In this document: positions 1 through 10,540 of the stretch, piece by piece
Layout: the number at the start of each line of letters is the position of its first letter
How positions within the stretch are numbered: the stretch's first letter is position 1
Assembly: GCA_963796275.1 (NCBI GenBank)
Contig: CAWCKY010000006.1
Location: 2,272,001 to 2,336,000 of the forward strand
Reading direction: 5' to 3'
From: an uncultured Acidobacteriota bacterium
GTDB lineage: Bacteria > Acidobacteriota > Blastocatellia > RBC074
DNA length: 64,000 nucleotides
Made by a program: the position numbers and the translations under genes
Notes under the pieces: model-generated
The model's input: only the letters and a program-made list of their open reading frames with translations
Database searches by the model: none
Told to the model about the DNA's origin: nothing

Positions 1-954
1 CGCGAGCGTGACGCCCGGCTTGAGCCGGCCAATGCCTTGCAGGCCCATTCCCGCGCTACGATTCTGCAACCCTGAATTGTTCCACTGGCCCATCGGCACA
101 TAGACATCAGTGCCGCGATAGAGTGTAAAGTTCGCCGGGAGCACGCCCACGATCGTGAGGCTCTTATCATCCACGGTCAGGCTTTTGCCGAGTATATCCG
201 GCGCCGCATTGAACTTGCGCTGCCAAAGCACTGCGCTGATGATTACCACCGGGCCAGCGCCGCGCTCATCTTCGCCCGGCGCGAAGTCGCGTCCCAACGC
301 GGGTTTGACTCCGAGCACGGATAAGAGGTTCGCCGTGCACCGCCGCCCTCTTATCCGCTCGGCTTCGCCCGTGCCGACCAGAGCGAAACTGGCCGGGCGC
401 GAGACGGCCATTGCGGAGAAGGTCCGATTTTCTTTTTGCCAGTCTAGAAAATTCAGGTACGAGACTGCACCCGCGGCGACATTCGGTACGCTCTGGTGGA
501 GTGTGACAAGTTGCTCAGGCTCCGGATAAGGCAGCGGATTGAGCAGCACGCCGTTGACTACCGAAAAGAGCGCCGCATTAGCGCCGATGCCCAGCGCCAA
601 CATCAGGGCAACTACAGCGCTGAAGACCGGTGTCTTCCATATCATCCGGGCACCGTAGCGCAAGTCTTGCCACAGGTCAGCAATCATCTTCGTCCTCCAG
701 TCGGTTCCGGGTGCGAGGGGTTCTTGAGGGACCTGCCGCCCCATGCGCCGCAGTTCCCGCGCCAACAACTCACTGCCGTCCAATTCGGTCAGTGTTTGGC
801 GATAGGCTTCCGGTTCCGTCGCGCCACCTGCCAACAACTCCGAGTAGTAGTCATCCAGATGTTGCGCCAATTCCTCAACAACTGCCGCTTCGCGCGTCGG
901 TGTGAGCTGCAAGCTCTGCATCTGCGCTCTGATTTCCGCTTTCCAGTCAGGCAT
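1..954 (-). CDS. ADOP-family (acidobacterial duplicated orphan) ABC permease, N-terminal part; runs off the window edge
   Basis: Not in the ORF track; translated by hand from ATG at 954: [41 protein letters not shown]...[10 protein letters not shown]...[15 protein letters not shown]...[12 protein letters not shown]. Clear paralogue of 1808..4489. Confidence 0.9.
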   Translation of the reverse strand, partial: MPDWKAEIRAQMQSLQLTPTREAAVVEELAQHLDDYYSELLAGGATEPEAYRQTLTELDGSELLARELRRMGRQVPQEPLAPGTDWRTKMIADLWQDLRYGARMIWKTPVFSAVVALMLALGIGANAALFSVVNGVLLNPLPYPEPEQLVTLHQSVPNVAAGAVSYLNFLDWQKENRTFSAMAVSRPASFALVGTGEAERIRGRRCTANLLSVLGVKPALGRDFAPGEDERGAGPVVIISAVLWQRKFNAAPDILGKSLTVDDKSLTIVGVLPANFTLYRGTDVYVPMGQWNNSGLQNRSAGMGLQGIGRLKPGVTLA

Positions 955-1040
955 AGTTGTTTCCCCTTCGCTCTCGAGCTGCCTGCGATCGATACGGCAA
1001 GCAGTGTTGAGGCCTTGCGGTCTTTCTTCACTGTCTTTCT

Positions 1041-1781
1041 TCAATTTGTTACTCGCAAATCTGTAAAGTGTGCGACCGTTCCCGGTCCGATCCATAAAGC
1101 AATCTGGCCCTGGCTTTGCCCATGTTTTAGATCATTGACCACCAATACGGGTTGCTGTGCGCCGTGAACGTACAAACGCGCTTTCTCCCCCCGGACTTCT
1201 ATCTTCACCTTGGTCCACTCGCCGGGAACGAGGTCCGCGTAGCTCTCGTATTTCTCCGGAAACTCTTTCCGCAATCGATGCCACGGGAAGTCTGGGAAAG
1301 AGATGTATTGGACCGAATGGTTACGCCGCACCTGATCCTCGGCGCGCCCGTTCGTCGGACGAAGATAGAAGCATTCATACTTTGCGTAGTCTTTTGCAGC
1401 GTCCGGCGAAACGCGGAAAGCCACTCCGACAAATCCTCGCGCCCCTTCTCCCGCATCGGCGCCGGGTTCGCCCGTCAGTTCTAGTTCGATCACGCCATCC
1501 TGGAACTCGGTCTTACTTAGGATGACCAGCTGTTCTCCATCTCTAACGTTTGCCTGCACTGCGCCGGCAACGCGCAACGCCTTACGCCCTTTGTACGTTA
1601 CCCAATCCGTTTTCACATTGCGGGGCTTTATCTCGTCGAGCGCATTCAGCGGAATGGCTATGGGCTTGACTTGTGTGAAAGCAACACCAAACGCCATCGT
1701 CAAAATAGCGATCAGGATCAAGCCATGTTGTTTCATCAATCTGCACACACGGAAGCGCAGTTCTTGCTCAAGTTTTTGCAT
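1041..1781 (-). CDS. Exported DUF1080-like (3-keto-disaccharide hydrolase / concanavalin-fold) protein
   Basis: GGAGG RBS before ATG; hydrophobic N-terminal segment; DGVIELEL...GFVGVAFR...YLRPTN...[12 protein letters not shown]...GQIALW pattern. Confidence 0.7.
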   Translation of the reverse strand: MQKLEQELRFRVCRLMKQHGLILIAILTMAFGVAFTQVKPIAIPLNALDEIKPRNVKTDWVTYKGRKALRVAGAVQANVRDGEQLVILSKTEFQDGVIELELTGEPGADAGEGARGFVGVAFRVSPDAAKDYAKYECFYLRPTNGRAEDQVRRNHSVQYISFPDFPWHRLRKEFPEKYESYADLVPGEWTKVKIEVRGEKARLYVHGAQQPVLVVNDLKHGQSQGQIALWIGPGTVAHFTDLRVTN

Positions 1782-1807
1782 AGTTCCTCCTTGTTCGAGG
1801 GTCCCTT

Positions 1808-4489
1808 TTATTCACCTCTTAGAACGATCATCGGGTTTGCTTTGGCTGCACGGCGAGCTGGAATGAAGCAGGCCAGCAAGGCAACCAGCGCCAGCAGCAG
1901 AGCGATCGCGGCAAATGTCACCGGATCGGTGGCGCTTATGCCGAAGAGCAGATTCTTCATCGTGCTCGTCAGCGCCGCCGATGCGACCAGGCCCAGCGCC
2001 ACGCCGGCGAGCGCCAGCTTCATTCCCTGTCCGATCACCAGCTTCAGCACATCACTCACCTGCGCGCCGAGCGCCATCCGGACGCCGATTTCGCGCGCAC
2101 GCTGCGCGACTGCGTACGACATCAGTCCGTAAATACCGATGCTGGCAAGCGCGAGCGCGGCAACGGCGAAGACGGTGAGCAACAGCATAGAGAAACGACG
2201 GGCGGCAACCGATTGCGCTACGATCTGATCCATCGTGCGCACGTTGAAGACCGCCTGATCTTTATTCAAGGCCGCTACCTCGCCGCGAACAGCTGAGGCC
2301 AGACTCAACGGTTCGGCCTCGGTGCGCGTAAGCAGATTGATGTGCTGCGCATTGTTCGCCAGCGCCTGTAAAGGGGTCTGATTGAAGTTGGTGTAAAACT
2401 GGGGCTGGATTGGCCGTTGTCCGTCCAGGTTGTAATGTTCAACGTGACGGACGATGCCCAAAATCTCTAAACTTGGCGTGTTGGGCCCATGCTTCAACCG
2501 CTTTCCAATCGGGTCTTCGTTGGGAAAGTATCGCTGGGCGACAACCTCGTTAATGACGGTCACCAGCTGGCTGTCGCGGGTGTCTTCGGCGTTGAAGACG
2601 CGGCCTTTGATCAACTCAATTCCCATTGTCTGGAAGTATTCTGGACTCACGGAGTAGCGAAGGCCAGATGGTTTTTTCTCAGCATCCGGCCGGCCTTCAA
2701 TGATGAATGCCGGGTAGTTCGCCATCCCAAATGGAAGTCCGTCCGCCACAGCGACCGATTTGACACCGGGCAGGCTCCGTATGTTTCTTGCAACTTGTTC
2801 GAAGAAGCTCGCCACTTTCTGCCCGTCGGCGTTGTTGACGGAGAACTGCATCGTTAGCAGGTCCTGTGCCTTAAAGCCCGGGTCGACCTGTAGCACTCGG
2901 CGGAAACTTTGAATGAGCAGGCCGGCGCCGATCAAGAGTGTCAGCGTCAGGGCGACTTCGCCGACTACCAGCACATTGCGCAGATGCTGGCGACGCCCGG
3001 ATGATCCCCGCTCTCCTTCTTTCAACCCTTCGGTCAGATTCGGGCGTGAAGCTTGCAATGCCGGAGCCAGGCCGAAGAGCAACCCGGTCAGGAGCGAGAC
3101 GATAAGCGTGAAGAGCAACACCGGCGCGTCAACTCGTGCTTCCCCCAGGCGTGGGATCCCGTCAGGTAATTGCGTAGCGATCAAACCCGTTCCCCAGTAT
3201 GCGAGCAGGATTCCTAACACAGCGCCCGACGCGGACAGCAGGACGCTCTCGGTCAGCAGTTGGCGAATGAGCGTGGCGCGACTGGCGCCGAGCGCCATGC
3301 GCACAGCCATCTCTTTACGCCTCGCGGACGCGCGAACGAGCAGGAGATTGGCGACATTGGCGCAGGCAATCAATAAAACCAAACCGACGGAGCCTAATAA
3401 AATCAAAAGAAGCTGTCGCAATTCGCCGACGAAGATTTCGTGAAGCGGCGTAATGCGCACGCGCCGTCCTTTGTTGCTCTTCGGATACAGTTGTTCCAGG
3501 CGCGCGGCGATCAGATTCAACTCAGTCTCCGCTTGCTGCTCGGTCACGTTGGGTTTTAAACGCGCGACGACGTCAGCTCCGGGGTCGCTGCCGCGCAGGC
3601 CGAAGCGTTTTCCCGAGAGACCGATGGGCACCGTGACCTCGGCATCCGCCCCGAACTGAAAATTTGCCGGAGTAATCCCGACTACGGTGAAGCTTTGATT
3701 GTTGAGCGTGAGCTGTTTCCCGATGATACCTGGATCATCGCCAAACCTGCGCTGCCAGAATCCGTAGCTCAGGATCGCCGCCGGAGTTGCCTCCGGGCGA
3801 TCCTCTTCCGCTAGAAAGTCGCGCCCGAGCAGTGGTTTGACGCCCAGGGTGGAGAAGAACTGCGCCGAGACGAGCCGTCCCTGCATGCGTTCCGGTTCGC
3901 CTGCGCCCGTGAGGTTGAAACTCTCGTTTTGACGTACCGCCGAGATCGCATCGAAGACCGTGTTCTGCGCGCGCCAATCAACAAAGTTGGGATAGGATGG
4001 CGAGAAGCCTCCTCCCACGGAGACACGCTCCCGCAAGATCACCAGGCGCTCCGGCGCCGAGTACGGAAATGGGCGCAGGAGAACCGCGTTGACAATGCTG
4101 AAGATCGCCGTGTTCGCCCCAATCCCCAGCGCGAGCGTGATGGCCGCCGCCAGCGTGAAGCCGGGGTTCTTCATCAACATCCGCGCGCCGAAGCGCACGT
4201 CTTGCCATAAAGCTGTGACCATATTCATTCTCCGATTGTTTCCGAGTACGATCGGTTCTCGACGGACTTGCCGCTCCACGCGCCGCAACTCCCGCTGAAG
4301 CATTTCATCTCCATTCAATTCAGCCAGCGTCCGGCGCTCGGCTTCCGCTTCACTCGCACCGCCCGCGAGCAGTTCCGCGTAGGAGTCCGCCAGGTGCTGT
4401 GATAACTCTTCGATAATCGCGGCCTCGCGAGTCGGCTCAAGCTTCAAATTCGCCAGCCGCCGTTTTATCTCTGGGTTCCACTCAGACAT
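1808..4489 (-). CDS. ADOP-family ABC permease (duplicated MacB_PCD/FtsX)
   Basis: [49 protein letters not shown] and PARRAAKANPMIVLRGE motifs; 893 aa. Confidence 0.95.
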   Translation of the reverse strand: MSEWNPEIKRRLANLKLEPTREAAIIEELSQHLADSYAELLAGGASEAEAERRTLAELNGDEMLQRELRRVERQVRREPIVLGNNRRMNMVTALWQDVRFGARMLMKNPGFTLAAAITLALGIGANTAIFSIVNAVLLRPFPYSAPERLVILRERVSVGGGFSPSYPNFVDWRAQNTVFDAISAVRQNESFNLTGAGEPERMQGRLVSAQFFSTLGVKPLLGRDFLAEEDRPEATPAAILSYGFWQRRFGDDPGIIGKQLTLNNQSFTVVGITPANFQFGADAEVTVPIGLSGKRFGLRGSDPGADVVARLKPNVTEQQAETELNLIAARLEQLYPKSNKGRRVRITPLHEIFVGELRQLLLILLGSVGLVLLIACANVANLLLVRASARRKEMAVRMALGASRATLIRQLLTESVLLSASGAVLGILLAYWGTGLIATQLPDGIPRLGEARVDAPVLLFTLIVSLLTGLLFGLAPALQASRPNLTEGLKEGERGSSGRRQHLRNVLVVGEVALTLTLLIGAGLLIQSFRRVLQVDPGFKAQDLLTMQFSVNNADGQKVASFFEQVARNIRSLPGVKSVAVADGLPFGMANYPAFIIEGRPDAEKKPSGLRYSVSPEYFQTMGIELIKGRVFNAEDTRDSQLVTVINEVVAQRYFPNEDPIGKRLKHGPNTPSLEILGIVRHVEHYNLDGQRPIQPQFYTNFNQTPLQALANNAQHINLLTRTEAEPLSLASAVRGEVAALNKDQAVFNVRTMDQIVAQSVAARRFSMLLLTVFAVAALALASIGIYGLMSYAVAQRAREIGVRMALGAQVSDVLKLVIGQGMKLALAGVALGLVASAALTSTMKNLLFGISATDPVTFAAIALLLALVALLACFIPARRAAKANPMIVLRGE

Positions 4490-4835
4490 TTTCGGATCTT
4501 GTCACGCGGTTGATGCCCACGACAAATGACTCCCAGATGCTACGCTGCGCCGCCAGCACCTGCTTGCCTTCACGCGTCAATTTGTAATAGCGCCGCCGCC
4601 GCTGCCCCGCTTTCTCCATCCAGCGGCCTTCGATCCAGCCGCGATTTTCCAGCCGGTAGAGCAGCGGGTAGAGCGAGGCGGCGTTGAATTTCAGCACGCC
4701 ATCCGAACGCGTTTCTATCAGTTTGCGGACTTCGTAGCCGTGGCGCGGGCGGGCCTCCAAAAGCGAGAGGATGAGCAGTTCTGCGCTGCCTTTCTTCAAT
4801 TCGCGATCGAGCTTTTGTGAGTCGATATACTGCAT
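4482..4835 (-). CDS. PadR-family transcriptional regulator
   Basis: LKKGSAELLILSLL...HGYEV...SLYPLLYRLE..GWIEG...RRRYYKLT. Overlaps the permease start. ATG at 4835 preferred. Confidence 0.93.
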   Translation of the reverse strand: MQYIDSQKLDRELKKGSAELLILSLLEARPRHGYEVRKLIETRSDGVLKFNAASLYPLLYRLENRGWIEGRWMEKAGQRRRRYYKLTREGKQVLAAQRSIWESFVVGINRVTRSENV

Positions 4836-4841
4836 AAACAC

Positions 4842-4870
4842 ATATTACGTAACCGACTATCGAACGTCAA
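4842..4870 (-). promoter_or_regulatory. sigma70-type promoter of padR, probably giving a leaderless transcript
   Basis: TTGACG-17 nt-TAATAT, then only GTGTTT before the ATG; no SD sequence. Confidence 0.6.
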
Positions 4871-5201
4871 AGGAAATTCGAGGGCGCGCGCATTATTCGG
4901 CGGGAAAGTTGCTTAAGCGGAGTTGTGAACGCGACGCTTATTTTGATTTCCGCGCGGCGAATCGGCGAAGAAGATCGGGATGGAAATCATTCGGAGGCAT
5001 CGAGAGTCGCAGATGGGCCAGACGCATATTAATTTAATATTTGTCAAAAGGCTCATTCTTTTATATCAGTTGCTGAGAGCTGAGATCATTTCACGGGGGC
5101 GGCTCAAGAAAGATGGACATCGACAGGAGACTGACAGTAGGATGGCGCGTGTCAGTGATCAATCGGCGGCAAAGAACGCGAGTCCTGAGAGAGGAGATCG
5201 G

Positions 5202-6005
5202 ATGGACTGGGGCCTGCTAGTCATCTGCGTACTGACCTTCATCATTCACTTGATCGGTACGCTCGCATACTCCGTGCGCATTGCGGGAACTCGTACGCGG
5301 CGCATTGCGCTGTCATTGTCGCTCTTCAACATTCTCGTTCTCGTATCGCGGACATCGAATTCATTTCAGGCGCCGTTGCTGGCCAAACGCGTGGAGGACA
5401 ATATTGCCTCGGGAACTGCTACTACAGCTACATCGGACTTTCGCTTGCTTCTGGCGTCTGCGAGTGTCGCCACCGTGGTCGGCGCGCTGTTGATCCCGAC
5501 TTTTCAGCGTCTCTTCGCGAACTACGTCGAAGCCTTCGAACGGCATCGATCCATCCCAAGGATGGCGCTCCGCCTGTTTTCGACGCGGGCCATCGCGGTA
5601 GTGCGAGAAGCCGCAGTCTCCCCCGCGTGGAGCAATGTAGCGAGGGTCGGTCGCGGACCGCACATTCCATGGAGCGTGGCGCTACTGAACGCGGTCAGTA
5701 TGGCGATCTGGACGGTGGGCGTATTCGCTGCGCTGTACGCCGCGTATTTGCACCCGGAGTTGCGTGTGACATCGAGCCAACTGTCCGCTGTTGTGAACGG
5801 GGTTGCGACGATCCTGATGTTCGTCTTTATCGATCCGTACCTGTCGATGGTGACCGACGACGTCGCTGAAGGGCGCGTGAGCGAGGCTTATTTCCGTCGA
5901 TCCATTGTCTGGCTGACGGGAAGCCGATTTGCGGGTACTGTCCTGGCGCAGGCTCTCTTGGTTCCCGCGGCGTCCTTGATTGCCTCGATTGCCGAGCGCT
6001 TGTAG
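5202..6005 (+). CDS. amj: Lipid II flippase, Amj family (DUF2837)
   Basis: LTFIIHLIGTLAYSVRIAG...LFNILVLVSRTSNSFQAP...QLSAVVNGVATILMFVFIDP...SRFAGTVLAQ; 267 aa from ATG 5202 with a GAGGAG RBS. Confidence 0.85.
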   Translation: MDWGLLVICVLTFIIHLIGTLAYSVRIAGTRTRRIALSLSLFNILVLVSRTSNSFQAPLLAKRVEDNIASGTATTATSDFRLLLASASVATVVGALLIPTFQRLFANYVEAFERHRSIPRMALRLFSTRAIAVVREAAVSPAWSNVARVGRGPHIPWSVALLNAVSMAIWTVGVFAALYAAYLHPELRVTSSQLSAVVNGVATILMFVFIDPYLSMVTDDVAEGRVSEAYFRRSIVWLTGSRFAGTVLAQALLVPAASLIASIAERL

Positions 6006-6142
6006 GCGCGTGGTCTATCGAGCCGCGGTCGCCGGCGCGCGGCGCGGTCGGAACAAATTGATTCGAATCCATGGCGCGTGCCGTCCGTTGGCAGAGGCGG
6101 CAAATCATTCGGCGCGCGACGCAAATGATCTGAGGAACGAGA

Positions 6143-6889
6143 ATGGGCAAATGGTTTGAAGATGAATCCTTCTGGAGCGAAATGTATCCTTTCATGTTCC
6201 CTGAGGAACGGTTTCATCTCGCCGAGGAACAAATAGAAAAAATATTAAGTCTTGTCGATTACCGGGGAGGAGCTGTCTTAGATTTATGCTGCGGCCCGGG
6301 GAGGCATTCTCTTGCACTCGCAAAGCGCGGAATTCGGGTCACAGCCGTCGACCGTTCCGAGTTTCTATTGAGTAAGGCAAAGGCAGAGGCGGCAAAATTG
6401 AATCTCGAGATCGAATTTGTCCTGGATGATATGCGGCAATTTGTTCGTAACCATTCCTTCAGCCTGATACTGAATATGTTCACCTCGTTCGGCTATTTCG
6501 ATGATAAAGAAGATGATTTAACCGTGCTCCGGAACGCATATCAAAGTCTGAATGACGGAGGGGCTTTGTTAATAGATGCTTTCGGTAAAGAGCCGCTGGC
6601 AAGAAAGTTTCAGCCCACAAGTTCCACGCAAGGTCCAGATGGAGTGTTGCTTATTGAACGTCACGAAATCTGTGAAGATTGGACCCGTTGCCGGAATGAA
6701 TGGATTCTCGTAAAAGATGAAACAGCGAGGTCGTTCAACTTCCAGATAAATTTATACTCCGGACAGGAGATGAAGGATATTATGCAGAGAGCGGGTTTTG
6801 ATGAAGTAGCAGTGTTCGGAGACCTTGATGGGAGTGAGTATGGGATCAATGCCAATCGTCTAATTGCTATAGGTCGAAAAGCCCATTGA
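6143..6889 (+). CDS. Class I SAM-dependent methyltransferase
   Basis: VLDLCCGPGRH motif I; NMFTSFGYF. Confidence 0.9.
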   Translation: MGKWFEDESFWSEMYPFMFPEERFHLAEEQIEKILSLVDYRGGAVLDLCCGPGRHSLALAKRGIRVTAVDRSEFLLSKAKAEAAKLNLEIEFVLDDMRQFVRNHSFSLILNMFTSFGYFDDKEDDLTVLRNAYQSLNDGGALLIDAFGKEPLARKFQPTSSTQGPDGVLLIERHEICEDWTRCRNEWILVKDETARSFNFQINLYSGQEMKDIMQRAGFDEVAVFGDLDGSEYGINANRLIAIGRKAH

Positions 6890-6947
6890 CAGAACAGCAC
6901 CTGATAATCTGAACTATAGAGCAAGACCGCAGCGCGAGGTTCGAGTA

Positions 6948-7535
6948 ATGAAGGTTGCATTCGGGATGAAAGCTCATTCGGGCTGGGCTGCGTTGATCGT
7001 CGTCGGCGAGCGGGATGACGAGCTGGTGCTGGCGGACCGGCGCCGCGTCGAACTCGTTGAAGACGAGTGGGCGAGGCAACCGTATCACGCGGCGGAGGAC
7101 CTGAAGCCGGAGGTGGCGCGGGGCCTGGTTAAGCGCGGCATCGAAACGGCGCGCCGGATCGCGGTCCGCGAGATGCGAACTGCCGTGAAGCGAGAGCGGG
7201 AGCGGGAAAACGAAGTTGCGGCCTGTGCAATTCTGGTCGTCGATCCAATGCCCGCCTGGAGTGTCGAGGAGATACTCGCGGTACATTTCCGTATGCACAA
7301 GGCGGAGGGCGTTCTGTTCCGGGATGTGCTCATTCGCGCCGCGAAGGAGTGCGGATTGAGGCTGGCTGAGATCCCGGAAAAGATGCTGACGCCGTATGCC
7401 GAGGTCGCGCTCGGGATTCCGGCGAGCAGCCTGGCGAAGGAGATCGCGAGGCTCGGCAAGGCTGCCGGCCCGCCATGGGGAAAAGACCAGAAAGAGGCTG
7501 CACTTGCCGCTCTGGTCGCGTTGCGGGGAGCTTGA
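6948..7535 (+). CDS. Conserved-looking hypothetical protein
   Basis: 195-aa ORF with gene-like composition (GMKAHSGWA...QPYHAA...H..MHKAEG...GPPWGKDQKEAALAA); function not recognised. Confidence 0.7.
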   Translation: MKVAFGMKAHSGWAALIVVGERDDELVLADRRRVELVEDEWARQPYHAAEDLKPEVARGLVKRGIETARRIAVREMRTAVKRERERENEVAACAILVVDPMPAWSVEEILAVHFRMHKAEGVLFRDVLIRAAKECGLRLAEIPEKMLTPYAEVALGIPASSLAKEIARLGKAAGPPWGKDQKEAALAALVALRGA

Positions 7536-7620
7536 AGTGAGGGGAATGGCCCGAATCGCGCTGGCATCAGAGTTCGTCTACCATCTTTAATAACTCAAGT
7601 ACCAAAAAAAACAGGAGGCA

Positions 7621-9237
7621 TTGCCCAATATGCGACGACGCGCTTTCATCAAATCGGCGGCTTGCGCCGGAGCCGGAGCTTTGGCGGCTTCACGGCTCAC
7701 TTTGGCTGCTGACGTCGAAATCGAAATAGCGCCGGATAATCCAGGTTCGGTTATTAACCCGCATCTGTACGGACATTTCATCGAGCATCTCGGCGGTGTG
7801 ATCTATGACGGCATTTGGGTCGGACGCAATTCCAAGATTCCGCACATCGACGGGATTCGCAAGCAGTTCGTTGATGACATGAAGCGAATCGGCGCTCCCA
7901 ATCTACGCTGGCCGGGCGGGTGCTTCGCCGACGGCTACCATTGGCGCGATGGTATCGGCGCCGCAGCCAAACGCCCTCGGACCTACAATTTCTGGGAGCA
8001 TCGAATGCCGCCCGGCAGACATGCGACGGAGACCAACCAGTTCGGCGTTCACGAATTCATGAGGCTTTGTCGCTTAATAGGCGCGGAGCCTTACCTCGCG
8101 GCCAATGTAGGTTCAGGCACGCCGAAGGAATTTCACGATTGGGTCTCTTATTGCAACGCTCCAGCGGGAACTGAAAGTCTGGCTGACGAGCGCGCGGCCA
8201 ACGGTGACAAGGACCCGTTCCGCGTGAAGTATTGGGGCGTCGGCAACGAGTCCTGGGGGTGTGGCGGCGATATGAAGCCCGGCGAATACGCCACGCAGTA
8301 TCGTCAGTTTGTCACACAGGTTCCCGTTTATGTGGCGCCGTTCCTCGTCGCGACCGGCCCGCGCGGGCATTCGCGCGATATGGATCTGGGGTGGACGACT
8401 GGATTCTTCGAGGCCATGCAGGGCGGTCATCGCAGCCAGGTTCACGGGTTTTCGCTTCATTTCTACACCGATTTCCGCAATAACAAAATGAGAGTCGCGG
8501 ATTTCAAAGAGCCAGAGTGGTACGCCGTACTGCTCGAAGGTTTGCGCACCGAAGATGTAATCGAGGCGCACTGGAAAGCGATGGGCAAGTATGACCCGCA
8601 GCATCGCACGAAACTGGTGCTTGATGAGTGGGGTGTATGGTATCAGACGGGAGAAGAGATCACCCCCGATTACATTCTGAGCCAGCCCGTCACTCTCCGA
8701 GACGCGCTGCACACGGCCATCACGTTCGACATCTTCAATCGCCACGCCGATAAGCTCGAGATGGCCAATGTTGCGCAGACGGTCAACTGTATTCATTCGC
8801 TCTTCCTGGCGCTCGAAGACAAATATACGCGCACTCCGCCTTATCACGTTTTCGAAATGTATCGGACACATATGGGTGCGCGGCTGGCGCCGATGCAGAT
8901 TCGAGGCCATGAATTGACAGTCCCGTTGCAGGAAGGCGCGGCGAAAATAGCTGCGCTGGCGGGTTCCGCTTCGATTCGCGAGAAGCGCTTGACGATCACG
9001 CTCACCAACCCATCAGTTGATTCACCGGTTACCGCCCGCATCCGGTTCTCGGGCGGAGCGATTGCTCGCGACGGACGCGGCGTAGTGCTCGCGCACAACG
9101 ATATACGCGCCCGCAATACCTTTCAGAATCCTGATGAAGTCAAGCCGTCATCCTTGCCGGTCAAAATCGGCAATGATGGCGTGGTTGTGATTATTCCCAG
9201 GCAGGCGGTCGCGGCGGTGGAGATACAACTCGCCTGA
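7621..9237 (+). CDS. Alpha-L-arabinofuranosidase, GH51, Tat-exported
   Basis: RRRAFIK twin-arginine signal; YGHFIEHLG, RWPGGCFAD, GNESWGCGG, DEWGVW and MANVAQTVN motifs. Confidence 0.93.
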   Translation: MPNMRRRAFIKSAACAGAGALAASRLTLAADVEIEIAPDNPGSVINPHLYGHFIEHLGGVIYDGIWVGRNSKIPHIDGIRKQFVDDMKRIGAPNLRWPGGCFADGYHWRDGIGAAAKRPRTYNFWEHRMPPGRHATETNQFGVHEFMRLCRLIGAEPYLAANVGSGTPKEFHDWVSYCNAPAGTESLADERAANGDKDPFRVKYWGVGNESWGCGGDMKPGEYATQYRQFVTQVPVYVAPFLVATGPRGHSRDMDLGWTTGFFEAMQGGHRSQVHGFSLHFYTDFRNNKMRVADFKEPEWYAVLLEGLRTEDVIEAHWKAMGKYDPQHRTKLVLDEWGVWYQTGEEITPDYILSQPVTLRDALHTAITFDIFNRHADKLEMANVAQTVNCIHSLFLALEDKYTRTPPYHVFEMYRTHMGARLAPMQIRGHELTVPLQEGAAKIAALAGSASIREKRLTITLTNPSVDSPVTARIRFSGGAIARDGRGVVLAHNDIRARNTFQNPDEVKPSSLPVKIGNDGVVVIIPRQAVAAVEIQLA

Positions 9238-9337
9238 AGTGTACTGTAATGTTGTGATCAGTAGGGGGAGCGAGGCAAATGTCTCTACAAGTACTGCGCT
9301 AAGGGATTGGCGAATAGATCAATAGGTGATGGCTTCC

Positions 9338-10255
9338 TTAATTCATCGCACCAGTGTCGCGGCTGTCTCGATTTGTAGGCAGTACGTCTCGTTCTTCCCC
9401 TTGCATGCCTAATAATTCTGTCGTTCCTTCTGTGATAGACGTGCCTGATCGTTGGGAAGGAAGGGCAGCCGCTTCAACCGTAGCGAGTTCCTGTGCATTA
9501 CGTATCGGTAGTGCTTGCCTGTCTTCTCCTTTTGACCTGAGGGCGCGGTTCAGACGTTGCCATGCGAACCGCGTCACCAAGATATTCAGGAAGCCGAGGC
9601 CAATGAAGATGACACTGCTGATAATTGCAAGTACCAATGAATCTTCCGGGCCGATCACTCCTGTGCCGATGATGATGGGCGTGATAAGCATGAGGAGGTT
9701 GGTAATCACCAGCATGACCGCGCTTGTGACCACAGACGTATGCCCAGCCCTCACCTCGGCGGTCATCCGTAGCACATCCAGTTCGGCCTGTTCAGAAGTC
9801 ATCGGCGCACCGCACTGGCGGCAGAAGCGTGAATCCCCCGTGGATTCTGTCCCACAGGCCGTACAAATCTTATCGGCGGCACGAACACTGGCGAGCGCTA
9901 TAATCGCCTCTGCTTCACGTGTCAGCACCTCCTTCTCTCCGCCCGACAACCACGGATGTCTGATGGTGTAATCGAAGGTGGCGCGTGTAGCATATGCGCC
10001 AATTGGTTTGAGCCGGATTACGAGCGTCATTGCATAATCGAGCACGTCAGCTGAACCATACCACGTGCCCCATCCCTTTGCGCCGCGTCGCCCGAGCAAG
10101 GCTGGTTCTTCCTCAATCACATCATAGTCAAGTCGTTCGAGCGCCGCACTTAAACGCGTACGCACGCTTTCGATGTTACCAGCCAGCACTCGCTTGAGGT
10201 AAATTTCGGTGGTTTGTGAGCCATATCCACCACCGATCTCCGTGAAGTTTGACAT
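9338..10255 (-). CDS. Membrane protein with a zinc-ribbon domain
   Basis: CTACG...FCRQCG zinc ribbon followed by two TM helices. Confidence 0.75.
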   Translation of the reverse strand: MSNFTEIGGGYGSQTTEIYLKRVLAGNIESVRTRLSAALERLDYDVIEEEPALLGRRGAKGWGTWYGSADVLDYAMTLVIRLKPIGAYATRATFDYTIRHPWLSGGEKEVLTREAEAIIALASVRAADKICTACGTESTGDSRFCRQCGAPMTSEQAELDVLRMTAEVRAGHTSVVTSAVMLVITNLLMLITPIIIGTGVIGPEDSLVLAIISSVIFIGLGFLNILVTRFAWQRLNRALRSKGEDRQALPIRNAQELATVEAAALPSQRSGTSITEGTTELLGMQGEERDVLPTNRDSRDTGAMN

Positions 10256-10540
10256 TTAAACCTCTGTAGCTATCGCTTGGAAATATGTTAACAGCCCGAA
10301 TACGCTGGATCGAGGCAGTATGTTTCCTGACAATCTGTGATGCGCCTGAAGTTGTTTAATAATCTATGGCAAAGACTCAGGGTTCGCAACAACTTACCGC
10401 GCCGTTACCAAAAACCGAACCCGAAAATCGAAGAATAGCCTGCTGAGTAGCTATTTGGGGGGAAGAGGGAGAGACAAGAGATAGAACCGGCGATTTGGAA
10501 GAGGGGGCAAACGAACTAAGTAATAGCCTCTGGGCTTAGA

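Noticed and set aside
4980-5201. N-terminal extensions from the ORF caller (also 13518-13724, 38177-38302, 40381-40527, 55311-55529, 61180-61218)
   Set aside because: Downstream starts have a better RBS, signal peptide or family-typical N-terminus.
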